A DNA stretch of 64,000 nt, from NCBI GenBank assembly GCA_963841905.1, contig CAWJEM010000006.1, forward strand, positions 14,776 through 78,775, in the 5' to 3' direction. Made by a program: the position numbers and the translations under genes. The notes below the pieces were generated by a model, which saw only the letters and a program-made list of their open reading frames with translations, did no database searches and was not told the origin of the DNA. Source of the DNA: an uncultured Acidobacteriota bacterium (GTDB taxonomy: Bacteria; Acidobacteriota; Vicinamibacteria; Vicinamibacterales; UBA2999). Positions 40,843 through 50,127 of the stretch are shown in pieces. Each line of letters opens with the position of its first letter. The first letter of the stretch is position 1.

Positions 40843-42936
40843 ATGACCCAGGTCGCCATCCTGTGGCACATGCACCAGCCGTTTTACGAAGATCTCGCGA
40901 CCCACGAGCACCTGTTGCCGTGGGTCCGACTGCACACCATCAAGGACTACTGGGGGATGGCGGCGCTGCTGCGGGAGTTTCCCGAGGTTCGCGTGACCTT
41001 CAACCTGGTGCCCTCACTGGTGCTGCAGATTCAAGCATTCGCGGAGGACCGGGCCAACGACCGTCATCTGGCGATCGGCCTGTCGGACGCCGCCGGCTTG
41101 AGCGTGACGGAGCAGGAGTTTCTGATCGTCAACGGGTTCCATGCCCCGGTCGATCGAATGATTCGGCCGTACCCACGTTATTTCGAGCTCTACGGGCGAC
41201 GCACGAACCGAGCCTCGTGGACACCCGGGGACGTCCGTGATTTGCAGGTCTGGCACAAGCTCGCTTGGATGGACCCCGATTGGCTGGCACGCGATCCGCG
41301 GCTTCGGGCGCTGATCGTCCGGGGGCGAAACTATGCGGAGCACGACAAGCGTGTGCTGCGCGCCGTGGAGTTGGAGCTGCTCCAAGCCACGCTTCCCATG
41401 TACCGGGAGATCGCAGCGACGGGTCGGGTCGAGTTGTCGACGTCGCCGCTCTATCACCCGATCCTGCCACTGCTTTGCGATTCCGACGTGCACCGGCGGT
41501 CGCATCCGCAGACCGCGATGCCGGAGCGGCTCTTCGCGCGTCCAAGAGATGCAGTGGAGCAGTTGAGGCGCGCCCGTGCGTTGCACGAACAGGTGTTCGG
41601 AGCCGCGCCGCGAGGCGTCTGGCCCTCGGAGGGGGCGCTCTCCGATGATGTCATCGGCCTCCTGCGGCAAGAAGGATTCGGCTGGACCGCGACGGACCAG
41701 GACATCCTGGCGAAGACTCTCGAGCAGCCGCTCTCAGCCGATGCGCTGTACCACCCCTACGAGGTTGGCCCCGACGGACTGAGTCTGCGATGTGTATTTC
41801 GCGACCACGAGTTGTCGGACCGCATCGGGTTCGTCTATCAGTCGTGGGAGGCGGAGGCTGCCGCGCGCGACTTCGTCGGGCGAGTGCGGGACGCTGGGCG
41901 CCGCTTCGCCAACGCGCCCGGGCGTGCGATTGATGGGGAAGTAGCGACCGTGAACATCATCCTCGATGGCGAAAACGCCTGGGAACACTATCCCGAGGGC
42001 GGACGTCCGTTTCTTCGCGCCCTGTACGGGCAGTTGCAGGCAGCGCTCGACATCGACACGGTCACGATGTCCGAAGCGGCGAACGGTCCCGCGCGGCGGC
42101 TCTCGAGCATTTTTCCGGGGTCGTGGATCAACAGCGACTTCTACATCTGGGCCGGACATCGCGACGACCATCGGGCTTGGGCCCAACTCGCCGCCGCGCG
42201 CGCGGCCTTCGACCGCCGAGGGGGGGCGACCTCACCCAAGCGTCGCGCGATCGCCTGGGAAGAGCTGCTGATCGCCGAGGGCAGTGACTGGTTCTGGTGG
42301 TACGGCGACGACCACTCCTCGGACCACGACGCCGAGTTCGACGAGCTCTTTCGTCGGCATCTCCGCAACGTCTATCAGGCCCTGGGGGAGGACGTGCCAA
42401 CCGAGCTCTACCTGACCAACATCTCGAGCGCCGGGGCATCGGTTTCCCAGCCGCCCAGGCGGCCAGCCTGTCTGACGACTCCGAGGCTGGATGGCCCGCC
42501 CAGCTTCGCCGACTGGTGCGGCGCCGCGTCCTTTGACCGGCCGGCTGGCTCCATGGATCGGGCGTCGGGAGCGCTGGTCGAACGGCTGCTCGTGGCGGTG
42601 GATCGGAGTCGGCTGTTTCTTCGATTGGAGGGCGCCGGGCTTCGGGCCGGCGTAGCCGATGGCCGGTTTGGGTTCGACCTGCTTGTTGACGGGCCGGTCC
42701 CGCTTCGGCTGGAGATCCTGCCAGCCCCTGGTGACGGGCCCCGCTGGACGCTGGTCGATGGTGTGGACGTGGAGGTGCCGTTTGCCACACTCCGGCGACA
42801 GGCAGGCGATCCGCTGCACGCGACGCTGCTCGTGCTGGATGCCGAGCGACGTGTGGTCGAGCAGCACCCGTCGAGCGGCGCGATTGAACTCGAAATCCCG
42901 TCGCGGCACCTGAACGCTATTCACTGGCGGGTCTAG
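40843..42936 (+). CDS. Glycoside hydrolase family 57 (amylopullulanase-like)
   Basis: WHMHQP, PWVRLH, FNLVPSL, YHPILPLL, GVWPSE (nucleophile), FRDHELSDRIGF, LDGENAWE (acid/base) and AEGSDWFWW. Confidence 0.93.
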   Translation: MTQVAILWHMHQPFYEDLATHEHLLPWVRLHTIKDYWGMAALLREFPEVRVTFNLVPSLVLQIQAFAEDRANDRHLAIGLSDAAGLSVTEQEFLIVNGFHAPVDRMIRPYPRYFELYGRRTNRASWTPGDVRDLQVWHKLAWMDPDWLARDPRLRALIVRGRNYAEHDKRVLRAVELELLQATLPMYREIAATGRVELSTSPLYHPILPLLCDSDVHRRSHPQTAMPERLFARPRDAVEQLRRARALHEQVFGAAPRGVWPSEGALSDDVIGLLRQEGFGWTATDQDILAKTLEQPLSADALYHPYEVGPDGLSLRCVFRDHELSDRIGFVYQSWEAEAAARDFVGRVRDAGRRFANAPGRAIDGEVATVNIILDGENAWEHYPEGGRPFLRALYGQLQAALDIDTVTMSEAANGPARRLSSIFPGSWINSDFYIWAGHRDDHRAWAQLAAARAAFDRRGGATSPKRRAIAWEELLIAEGSDWFWWYGDDHSSDHDAEFDELFRRHLRNVYQALGEDVPTELYLTNISSAGASVSQPPRRPACLTTPRLDGPPSFADWCGAASFDRPAGSMDRASGALVERLLVAVDRSRLFLRLEGAGLRAGVADGRFGFDLLVDGPVPLRLEILPAPGDGPRWTLVDGVDVEVPFATLRRQAGDPLHATLLVLDAERRVVEQHPSSGAIELEIPSRHLNAIHWRV

Positions 42937-43051
42937 CAGCGGTCGCGGTCCCTCTGCGCCGAGGGACCTCTCCGGGCGTGCGCTGGGATCTTCCACCTCG
43001 AAACGTGGAAGCCACACGGCCAACCCGCAGTCTTTCCGAGCCTTTTGCCGT

Positions 43052-43079
43052 GGGTCTGATAATACATATTATGTTAACT
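43052..43079 (+). other. dif chromosome dimer resolution site (XerC arm - 6-bp spacer - XerD arm)
   Basis: GGGTCTGATAA-TACATA-TTATGTTAACT versus E. coli dif GGTGCGCATAA-TGTATA-TTATGTTAAAT: XerD arm 10/11 identical and the inner ATAA/TTAT conserved. It is an AT-rich island in a GC-rich intergenic spacer. Confidence 0.88.
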
Positions 43080-43099
43080 AAACGATTTAGGGTGGGGGC

Positions 43100-43373
43100 T
43101 TGAACGGGGGTTTCTGCATGGAGGGTCTTTACGGGGGTTCTTTACGGGGTTCTTTCACGGAGGGTCTCCACGGGGGTTCTTCACGGAGGTTCTCCACGGG
43201 GGTTCTCCACCGGGGTTCTTCGCGGGGTTCTTCACGGGGGTTCTGTCACGATGGTTTCTCCACCGAGGAGTTCTCGACGACGTCCTCGTGCTGGAACCCT
43301 TCGAGAACCATCGTGAAGAACCTTCGTGGAGAACCCTCCGCGGAGAACCTTCGTGCAGAACCCCTCGTGCAGC
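43100..43373. repeat. Inverted pair of ~12-13-bp tandem arrays (GGGGTTCTYCAC / AGAACCYTCGYG)
   Basis: About 12 degenerate G-rich units followed by about 7 complementary units, between dif and the parB stop. Confidence 0.85.
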
Positions 43374-43377
43374 CTTG

Positions 43378-44196
43378 CTACGCCTTCCGCAGCTCCTCGA
43401 GGATGCTCTCGAGCGCCGCGATCACGTCCTCCTTCGAGGCGGTCTTCTTGGCGAAATTGAGGCGGAGATTGAAGGCCTTGTTCTGCGGGCGGAAGCTGAA
43501 CGTAAAGGCTTTCGGGCGGCCTGGTTTGGGCTTCTGCGTTTCCTTGCGGACCTGTTCGCGGGTGACGCCGCCCTGGGCAGCAATTTTTTCCACCAGGGCG
43601 AGCATTTTCTGCGGCTCCCCTTGCCGCACAATCTGCAACAGCACGGACTTGTTCTGGATGCCCGCGAGCCGGCAGACCTTCCGCACCTCGGCCGGCATGC
43701 CGGTCAGGGTGAGCGATTCGGTGATGGCCGTGCGCGACTTGCCGAGCCGCTTGGCGAGGTCTTCATGGGTGTAGCCGCAGCGCTGGGCCAGGCTCTGGAG
43801 GGCTTCGGACTCCTCGAACGGGGTCAAGTCCTTGCGCTGGAGGTTCTCCACCAGCGCGATTTCAAGCATTTCGGTTTCGTCGACGTCGCGGACGACAACC
43901 GGAAGCTCATGGATGCCGGATTGGACCGCGGCATGGTAGCGGCGCTCGCCGGCGACAATCTGATACCGGGGGCCGCGCTGGCGAACCACCAGCGGTTCGA
44001 TAATCCCCTTTTCGGCCACCGACGCGATGAGCTCGGACAGGTCGCCCATGGCTTGCCGGGGCTGATCAGGGTTCGGGTCGACGAGGTCGATCGGCACCAT
44101 CCGGCCGACCGGCGTCGCGGCTGAGGACGCCAGGGTTTCGACGTAATGGGCGTCGTGCCGCATCCGCAAGGTTTCGGGCAATCCACGCTTAGGCAC
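43378..44196 (-). CDS. parB: ParB/Spo0J-family protein with divergent HTH and C-terminal region
   Basis: Start GTG 44196; PNPDQPR, GIIEPLVVR, IVAGERRY (CTP-binding Arg patch), ALVENLQRKDL and HTH THEDLAKRLGKSR. Confidence 0.9.
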   Translation of the reverse strand: MPKRGLPETLRMRHDAHYVETLASSAATPVGRMVPIDLVDPNPDQPRQAMGDLSELIASVAEKGIIEPLVVRQRGPRYQIVAGERRYHAAVQSGIHELPVVVRDVDETEMLEIALVENLQRKDLTPFEESEALQSLAQRCGYTHEDLAKRLGKSRTAITESLTLTGMPAEVRKVCRLAGIQNKSVLLQIVRQGEPQKMLALVEKIAAQGGVTREQVRKETQKPKPGRPKAFTFSFRPQNKAFNLRLNFAKKTASKEDVIAALESILEELRKA

Positions 44197-44944
44197 GGTC
44201 CATGACCTCCTCGCACAAGCTGTAGTACTCGCTGGCGCCGCTGGAGTCTGGCGCAAACGTGAAAATCGACTCTCGGTACGCCGGGCTCTCCTCCAGCCGG
44301 ACGCTCTTGCTGATCACGGTCTTGAAGACCTTGTCGCCGAAGACCTTGCGGATCTGGGCGCGGATGTCTCGTCCGAGGGCGGTCCGGCGGTCGTGCATGG
44401 TGATGACGACGCCCAGGATGCGGAGCTCGGGATTGGGGCGGAGGCGCACTTTCTCGATCGTTTCGAGCAGGTCGTCGGTGCCCTCGAGCGCGAAGTACGA
44501 CGACTGAATCGGAATCAGCAGGTGCGTGGCGGCCACCAGGGCGTTGACGGTCAGGAGGCCGAGGGCGGGCGGACAATCGATCACGACCGCCTGGTACTGG
44601 TCGAGGATCTCGTGCAGCTGGTCTTTGAGGCGGAACGGCGCATCGAGCTCCCCCGTCATCCGCGCCTCGAGTTTGGCGAGGGCAATGCGCGCCGGCGCCA
44701 CCGAGAGATACTCGTGCGGCGTCGGCAGGACCACGTCACGCAGCGTGACGGCGGGTTCGACGAACACGTCGTACATGCTGCGAGCGACGGCTCGCAGATC
44801 CACGAACGACATGCTGCTATTGGCTTGGGGATCGAGATCGATCAACAGCGTTCGGCGCTTTCGCATGGCCAGCGCAGCGGCCAGATTGATGGCGGTGGTC
44901 GTCTTGCCGACGCCCCCTTTTTGATTGGCAATCGCGAGAATCAT
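44189..44944 (-). CDS. parA: ParA/Soj-family ATPase
   Basis: Start at ATG 44944; ANQKGGVGKTTT, IDLDPQAN, IDCPPALGLLTVNAL and VRLEESP. Confidence 0.94.
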   Translation of the reverse strand: MILAIANQKGGVGKTTTAINLAAALAMRKRRTLLIDLDPQANSSMSFVDLRAVARSMYDVFVEPAVTLRDVVLPTPHEYLSVAPARIALAKLEARMTGELDAPFRLKDQLHEILDQYQAVVIDCPPALGLLTVNALVAATHLLIPIQSSYFALEGTDDLLETIEKVRLRPNPELRILGVVITMHDRRTALGRDIRAQIRKVFGDKVFKTVISKSVRLEESPAYRESIFTFAPDSSGASEYYSLCEEVMDRA

Positions 44945-44966
44945 TCGGGCCGGGCGAACCGCAGCG

Positions 44967-44995
44967 ATTGTAGGGGGTGCGGGGGCGAAGGTCAA
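44967..44995 (-). promoter_or_regulatory. Sigma70 promoter of parAB
   Basis: TTGACC-17 bp-TACAAT, ending about 22 nt upstream of the ATG. Confidence 0.7.
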
Positions 44996-45091
44996 GAAAA
45001 GGTGTGCAGGCGGCGGCAGAATTACGCACGCCGCCAGGCGCTAACTGTCTAAAGATGTGCAGCTTAGAGAAATTGTCGGCCGGCCGACGGC

Positions 45092-45574
45092 TTACATCTT
45101 GTATTTCCCGAGCTCATCCGGATCGAGCGACTCCAGCCACTGCTGCAGCCGGTCTGCATCCTGCTTGTCGTTGGTGAAGTCCACGGTCTTGGCGTTGTCG
45201 ATGACGTGCTCGTCGACCAGGATGGGGGCGCGGGTGCGCAAGGCCAGGGCAATCGCGTCGCTCGGCCGGGCGTCGATCGCGACCGGGCCGCCCGACGTCT
45301 GCAGATGAATCAGGGCGTAGAACGTGTTGTCCCTGAGATCGCACACGACCACCTTCTCCACCGTCGCCTGCAGATCCTGGATGACGTTGCGGAGCAGGTC
45401 GTGAGTCATCGGCCGTGGCGTCTGGATGTTTTCAATCTGCAAGGCGATCGCGTTCGCCTCGAAGACGCCCACCCAGATCGGGAGCACGCGCTGCCCGTCC
45501 TGGTCGCGCAGGATGATGATCGGCATGTTGGTGATCGGATCGACCATCAGGCCTTTGATGGTCATCTCGATCAA
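45092..45574 (-). CDS. Bifunctional nuclease family protein (DUF151)
   Basis: LPIWVGVFEANAIA, PRPMTHDL and IDARPSDAIALALR. Start uncertain (TTG 45574, ATG 45565 or GTG 45625). Confidence 0.9.
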   Translation of the reverse strand: MIEMTIKGLMVDPITNMPIIILRDQDGQRVLPIWVGVFEANAIALQIENIQTPRPMTHDLLRNVIQDLQATVEKVVVCDLRDNTFYALIHLQTSGGPVAIDARPSDAIALALRTRAPILVDEHVIDNAKTVDFTNDKQDADRLQQWLESLDPDELGKYKM

Positions 45575-45634
45575 GCTGCCCCGGTCGGGTTGGGGGGTTG
45601 GTGACTCCACGGAGAACCTCGCCACGGAAACGGG

Positions 45635-47035
45635 TCAGGCGTGCATCGCCAGACCGTCAAGCGCTCGGACCGGCTCGCCCCACAGACTGTTGGGTCCGGC
45701 ACGACGAATCGTCACGTTCACGAACTGCCCGACCCACGATGCCGGCCCCGGGAAATTGACGACGGTGTTGCCGGTCGTCCGTCCGGACAGCTCCCAGTCG
45801 CGACGCCGGCTGCGAGCATCGACGAGCACCTCGAACCGCTCGCCGACCGCGCGCTCGTGCAGCTCGAGCTGAATACGGCGCTGAAGCATCTGGAGCCCGC
45901 GAATCCGTCGCGTCTTCGTATCCTCCGGCACATCGTCCGGGAGCCGCCTGGACGCGAGCGTATTAGGCCGCTCCGAGTACTTGAACGAGAAGATGCTGTG
46001 AAAGCGCACCCGCTCGACCAGCGACAGGGTTTCGTCGAACTCGGCCTCCGTCTCGCCTGGGAAGCCGACGATCATATCGGTCGACAACTGGATATCCGGA
46101 ACGGCGTCACGGACCCGATCGACGAGCGCCAGATACTGCTCGCGCGTGTGCCGCCGGCGCATTCGGGCCAGGACCGTGGTCGCGCCGGACTGGACGGGCA
46201 GGTGCAGGTGCTTGCAGACCGCCGGCAGATTCCGCACCGCGGCGATGAGCCGATCGGAGGCATGGCGCGGATGCGGGCTCGCAAAACGAATCCGTCGAAC
46301 CCCAGGGACGGCGTTGACCGCTTCGAGGAGCCCCGCAAAGTCGCAGGCGGGATCGTCGGGCGCTTGGTAGTGATTCACGATCTGTCCGAGTAACTGCACT
46401 TCGGGGCGACCGCTGGCGACCGCCGCGCGGACGTCGGCGACAATTTCGGCCTTGGCTCGCATCCGCTCGTGGCCGCGCGTGTACGGCACGACGCAGAAGG
46501 CGCAGAAGTCGTTGCAGCCTTCGATGATGGTCACGTACGCCTTCACCGGATCGGCGTGTCGGGTCAGTCCGAGTGGGAACGACGGCTCGTCATAGGGCGT
46601 CGCCGTGTCGACGATCGCCTGGAGGCCCCCTGTGCGAGCCGATGAGCCCGCGTCAAAGCCCGGGCGCTCGCCCTCGCGGCGAGCGCGGGCCTCGGCCACG
46701 AGCATCGGCAACATCTTCACGCGCTGCGTGCCCATGACCACGTCGATGAGCGGCGAGCGCTCGAGCAGTCGACTGCCCTCCTGTTGTGCCACGCACCCGG
46801 CGACGGCCACGATCGGCGAGTGGCCGGTCGCCCGACGGAGCCCTTTGAGATCGCCCAGTCGGGTATAGAGCTTGTCCTCGGCTTTTTCGCGCACACTGCA
46901 GGTGTTGATGACCACCAGGTCGGCGTCCCCATCGTGCTCGGCGCGTTCGTAGCCCGATGCGTCCAGGAGCCCCGCCATCCGCTCGGAGTCGTGGACGTTC
47001 ATCTGACAGCCGTAGGTTTCGATGAAATACTTCAT
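45635..47035 (-). CDS. miaB: tRNA-i6A37 methylthiotransferase MiaB
   Basis: TYGCQMNVHDSE, NTCSVREKAE, GCVAQ, radical SAM motif CNDFCAFC, VPYTRG, HLPVQSG, FKYSERPNT and a TRAM domain. Confidence 0.95.
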   Translation of the reverse strand: MKYFIETYGCQMNVHDSERMAGLLDASGYERAEHDGDADLVVINTCSVREKAEDKLYTRLGDLKGLRRATGHSPIVAVAGCVAQQEGSRLLERSPLIDVVMGTQRVKMLPMLVAEARARREGERPGFDAGSSARTGGLQAIVDTATPYDEPSFPLGLTRHADPVKAYVTIIEGCNDFCAFCVVPYTRGHERMRAKAEIVADVRAAVASGRPEVQLLGQIVNHYQAPDDPACDFAGLLEAVNAVPGVRRIRFASPHPRHASDRLIAAVRNLPAVCKHLHLPVQSGATTVLARMRRRHTREQYLALVDRVRDAVPDIQLSTDMIVGFPGETEAEFDETLSLVERVRFHSIFSFKYSERPNTLASRRLPDDVPEDTKTRRIRGLQMLQRRIQLELHERAVGERFEVLVDARSRRRDWELSGRTTGNTVVNFPGPASWVGQFVNVTIRRAGPNSLWGEPVRALDGLAMHA

Positions 47036-47074
47036 GGTTCGAATAGTTATGCAGCGGTTGAATATCGACGGCGG

Positions 47075-48754
47075 CTACTTTCGCTTTCGCCCCCGACCGC
47101 TTTCGCCTTTCGCCTGCCTCCCCGCCGGCCTGCCGCGACGGGCGTCCAGCAATTCGCGGGCGGTCGCCCGCGCCTGGTCGCCGACATCGGCTCCTCCCAT
47201 CATGCGCCCAATTTCGTCGATGCGCGAGGCCTCGTCCAGTCTCGCGACAGAGGTCATGGTACGCGAGCCGCGCACCTGTTTTTCAATCGCAAAGTGCGTG
47301 TCGCCGGCGGCGGCAATCTGCGGCAGGTGGGTGATGCAGAGCACCTGGAAGGTCTCACCGAGGCGGCGCAGCTTTTCGCCGACCACCGTGGCCACGCGCC
47401 CCCCGATGCCCGCATCGACCTCATCGAAGATCAGCGTCTTGTCCGGGTGATCGGCGGCGCTCAAGGTCTTGAGCCCGAGCATGACGCGCGAGAGCTCCCC
47501 GCCCGAGACGATGCGCGCCAGCGGTCGCAGCTCCTCGCCAGGGTTGGGCGACAGAAAGAACTCACCGGTATCGAGCCCACGCTCGGTCCAGTGCTCTTCA
47601 GACTCTCCAGTCGTCAGCCTGATCTCGAAGCGGGTGCGCTCCATCGCCAGGTCATTAAGCTCCGCCTTCAGCGCGGCTTCGAACTTCCCCGCTGCGCCAC
47701 GCCGAGCCGTCGACAACGTGCGCGCTTGGTCGAGGTATCTGGTCGTCGCGCGCAAAAGTTCCTCCCCAACCACTTCGGCACTCGCCTCGCCTCCGGTCAA
47801 CGACGCATGCTCGGTCGCCAGGGCGCGCTGACGCTCGATCGCCTCGTCCAGTGTCGGCCCGTACTTGCGCTTGATTCGCTCCAGCAGCGCCAGGCGTTCC
47901 TCAACGTGTTCGAGCGCTCCCGGCGACATATCGACCATGTCACCATAGTCGCGCAGCAGGGTCGCCAGATCCTCGAGCTGTGCCTTGATCGCATCGCGCT
48001 GGCCGAGGTAGACCGCGAAGCGGCTGTCAATCGCGGCGAGCTCGGCGAGCCGCTTCCACACGTGGCCCAGGCCGCTGAGCACCGCGCCTTCAGCGTCATA
48101 GAGCTCGGCGTAGCTCTCGGCACAGAGGCGCTGAATCGTGGCCGCATTCCGCAGGACTTGCCGTCGCTCCGCGAGCACTTCGTCCTCGCCGCTCCGGGTG
48201 TTCGCCTTGGTCAACTCCCCCAACTGGAACTCCACGAGCTCGAGTCGCGCAGTTCTTTCACGATCGTCCATCCGGAGGCGATCAAGTTGCGCCCGCAGGT
48301 CGTGAACGACTCGAAAGGCCGACTCGACGTCAGCACGGAGTTCATGAAGGCCCGCCCAGTCGTCGAGCACGTTCAGATGATGACTTGAATCGAGCAGCTG
48401 CTGGTGTTCGTGCTGCCCGTGCAGTTCGACCAACCGATTCGAGAGGTCCTTGAGGGCCTGTGCGGTTGCCAAGGCTCCGTTGATGAAGGCCCGGCTTCGT
48501 CCTTGCGCGGTGACTTCGCGGCGGACCACGATCTCGGCACCGTCCGTTTCGAAAATCGCTTCGACCGTCGCCAGCTCCGCCCCGGTGCGGATCAGATCTT
48601 GCGAGGCTCGTCCGCCAAGGAGAAGGCCGACGGCTTCGACGAGGATGGATTTGCCAGCGCCGGTCTCACCGGTCAAGATGTTGAACGATGGTTCAAATTC
48701 GACGGCGACCGACTCGATGACAGCCAGGTTGCGAATTGCGAGGTATCGAATCAC
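47075..48754 (-). CDS. recN: DNA repair protein RecN
   Basis: Start GTG 48754; LTGETGAGKS, HGQHEHQ, NPGE, SGGELSRVML, FDEVDAGIGG and ITHLPQIAA. Confidence 0.96.
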   Translation of the reverse strand: MIRYLAIRNLAVIESVAVEFEPSFNILTGETGAGKSILVEAVGLLLGGRASQDLIRTGAELATVEAIFETDGAEIVVRREVTAQGRSRAFINGALATAQALKDLSNRLVELHGQHEHQQLLDSSHHLNVLDDWAGLHELRADVESAFRVVHDLRAQLDRLRMDDRERTARLELVEFQLGELTKANTRSGEDEVLAERRQVLRNAATIQRLCAESYAELYDAEGAVLSGLGHVWKRLAELAAIDSRFAVYLGQRDAIKAQLEDLATLLRDYGDMVDMSPGALEHVEERLALLERIKRKYGPTLDEAIERQRALATEHASLTGGEASAEVVGEELLRATTRYLDQARTLSTARRGAAGKFEAALKAELNDLAMERTRFEIRLTTGESEEHWTERGLDTGEFFLSPNPGEELRPLARIVSGGELSRVMLGLKTLSAADHPDKTLIFDEVDAGIGGRVATVVGEKLRRLGETFQVLCITHLPQIAAAGDTHFAIEKQVRGSRTMTSVARLDEASRIDEIGRMMGGADVGDQARATARELLDARRGRPAGRQAKGESGRGRKRK

Positions 48755-48806
48755 GATGTGCCGGCGTTCCACGAGCGGCCGGGTGCCAAACGCGGAAAGT
48801 CCATCG

Positions 48807-48846
48807 AATCAAAGGTTTGACAGTATTTCACGGCGTGTGCTACCGT
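48807..48846 (+). promoter_or_regulatory. Sigma70 promoter of the tol-pal operon with overlapping IHF-consensus box
   Basis: TTGACA (48817-22)-18 bp-TACCGT with a TG extension. AATCAA-AGGT-TTG ends in the -35 box. Confidence 0.6.
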
Positions 48847-48909
48847 TGCACACGTCCGCGCTATCCCAGCAGCGCCTACCAAACAACCGAAACGACATCG
48901 GAGGCTTTG

Positions 48910-49662
48910 TTGCCGACGCCTGGATGGTTGGTCCTGGCACTGCAGCAGGTTGAAGGCAGTGCTGCGCCCAGTGACACCTCGGGAAACGTAATCGATCTCC
49001 TTATTGATGCCAGCCCGGTCTCGAAGGCCGTTCTTGTCATCCTTCTGCTGTTTTCGATCGTGTCCTGGGGCATTGTCCTCTACAAGACGTTCGCCTTTCG
49101 CCGGCTCGAGCGGCAATCGGCGACGTTTCTCAACGTTTTTCACCAGAGCACCAAGTTTTCGGAGGTGCAGTCGGTCTGCAAGTCGCTCGATGGCAGCCCG
49201 CTGGTCGGTATGTTCCAGGCCGGCTACGCCGAATTGACCCTCCAGTTGCGTCAGTCGCCGAGTGGCAGTCCCGACACGGCCGCTGGGCGTCCAACCTTGA
49301 AAAGCCTGGCGGCCGTGGACCGGGCATTGCTGCGAGCCTCGTCGGTCGAGGTCAACAAACTGGAAAAGCGCCTGCCCTTCCTGGCGACGGTGGCGAGCAT
49401 CACGCCGTTCATCGGGCTGTTCGGCACGGTGTGGGGAATCATGATGTCGTTCCAGAGCATTGGCGCTCAGGGATCCACAGATCTGTCGGTGGTCGGCCCC
49501 GGCATCGCGGACGCCTTGATGGCCACCGCGATCGGCTTGTTCGCCGCCATTCCAGCCGTCTATTTCTACAACCACTTCTCCACCAAGGTGAAAACCTACG
49601 CGTCCGAGATGGACGACTTCGCGCTCGAATTCCTCAACATCGCGGAGCGGAACTTCACGTAG
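48910..49662 (+). CDS. tolQ: TolQ (MotA/TolQ/ExbB family)
   Basis: LATVASITPFIGLFGTVWGIM and PGIADALMATAIGLFAAIPAV..YN; RBS GGAGG before TTG 48907/48910; first gene of the tol-pal operon. Confidence 0.9.
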   Translation: MPTPGWLVLALQQVEGSAAPSDTSGNVIDLLIDASPVSKAVLVILLLFSIVSWGIVLYKTFAFRRLERQSATFLNVFHQSTKFSEVQSVCKSLDGSPLVGMFQAGYAELTLQLRQSPSGSPDTAAGRPTLKSLAAVDRALLRASSVEVNKLEKRLPFLATVASITPFIGLFGTVWGIMMSFQSIGAQGSTDLSVVGPGIADALMATAIGLFAAIPAVYFYNHFSTKVKTYASEMDDFALEFLNIAERNFT

Positions 49663-49665
49663 ATC

Positions 49666-50127
49666 ATGCCCAAGGTACAGCCACAAGCCTCCGATCAACT
49701 TGGCGGGCGCGGTCGCCGCGGCCGGCGCGTGTCGACGACCCTGTCGGAGATCAACGTGATCCCACTCGTCGACGTGATGCTCGTGCTGCTCATCATCTTC
49801 ATGGTGGCTGCACCCATGCTTCAGCGTGGCGTCGAGGTCAACCTTCCCCAGACACGGCGAGCGCAGCGCCTCTCGGAGGAGCGCTTGTACGTCACAGTGC
49901 CTTTGAGCTTTCGCAAAGACCGCAAAGTGTTTCTCGATGACGAGGCGGTGTCCATCGACTTCGTGGCCGAACGCATTCGGCAGGCCATGCTGAACGAGGA
50001 TCAGAAAGAAGTCTTTCTGCGTGGTGACAGCGCCGTGCAGGTGCAGGAGCTGTTGGACGTCATTGGGCGGCTGCGTGAAGGTGGAATCGAGCGCGTTGGC
50101 ATTGTGGCGCTCGAGCAGAAACGCTGA
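49666..50127 (+). CDS. tolR: TolR (ExbD/TolR family)
   Basis: EINVIPLVDVMLVLLIIFMVAAP, VNLP and LRGD. Confidence 0.92.
   Translation: MPKVQPQASDQLGGRGRRGRRVSTTLSEINVIPLVDVMLVLLIIFMVAAPMLQRGVEVNLPQTRRAQRLSEERLYVTVPLSFRKDRKVFLDDEAVSIDFVAERIRQAMLNEDQKEVFLRGDSAVQVQELLDVIGRLREGGIERVGIVALEQKR

Noticed and set aside
42989-43012. CTTCCACCTCGAAACGTGGAAG as a parS site
   Set aside because: It has inverted ends (CTTCCAC/GTGGAAG), but the spacing does not fit the 16-bp TGTTNCACGTGAAACA palindrome. At most a small hairpin.
43100-43774. 224-aa ORF starting in the array next to dif
   Set aside because: It translates the repeat array and then runs antisense to parB. No protein-like features.
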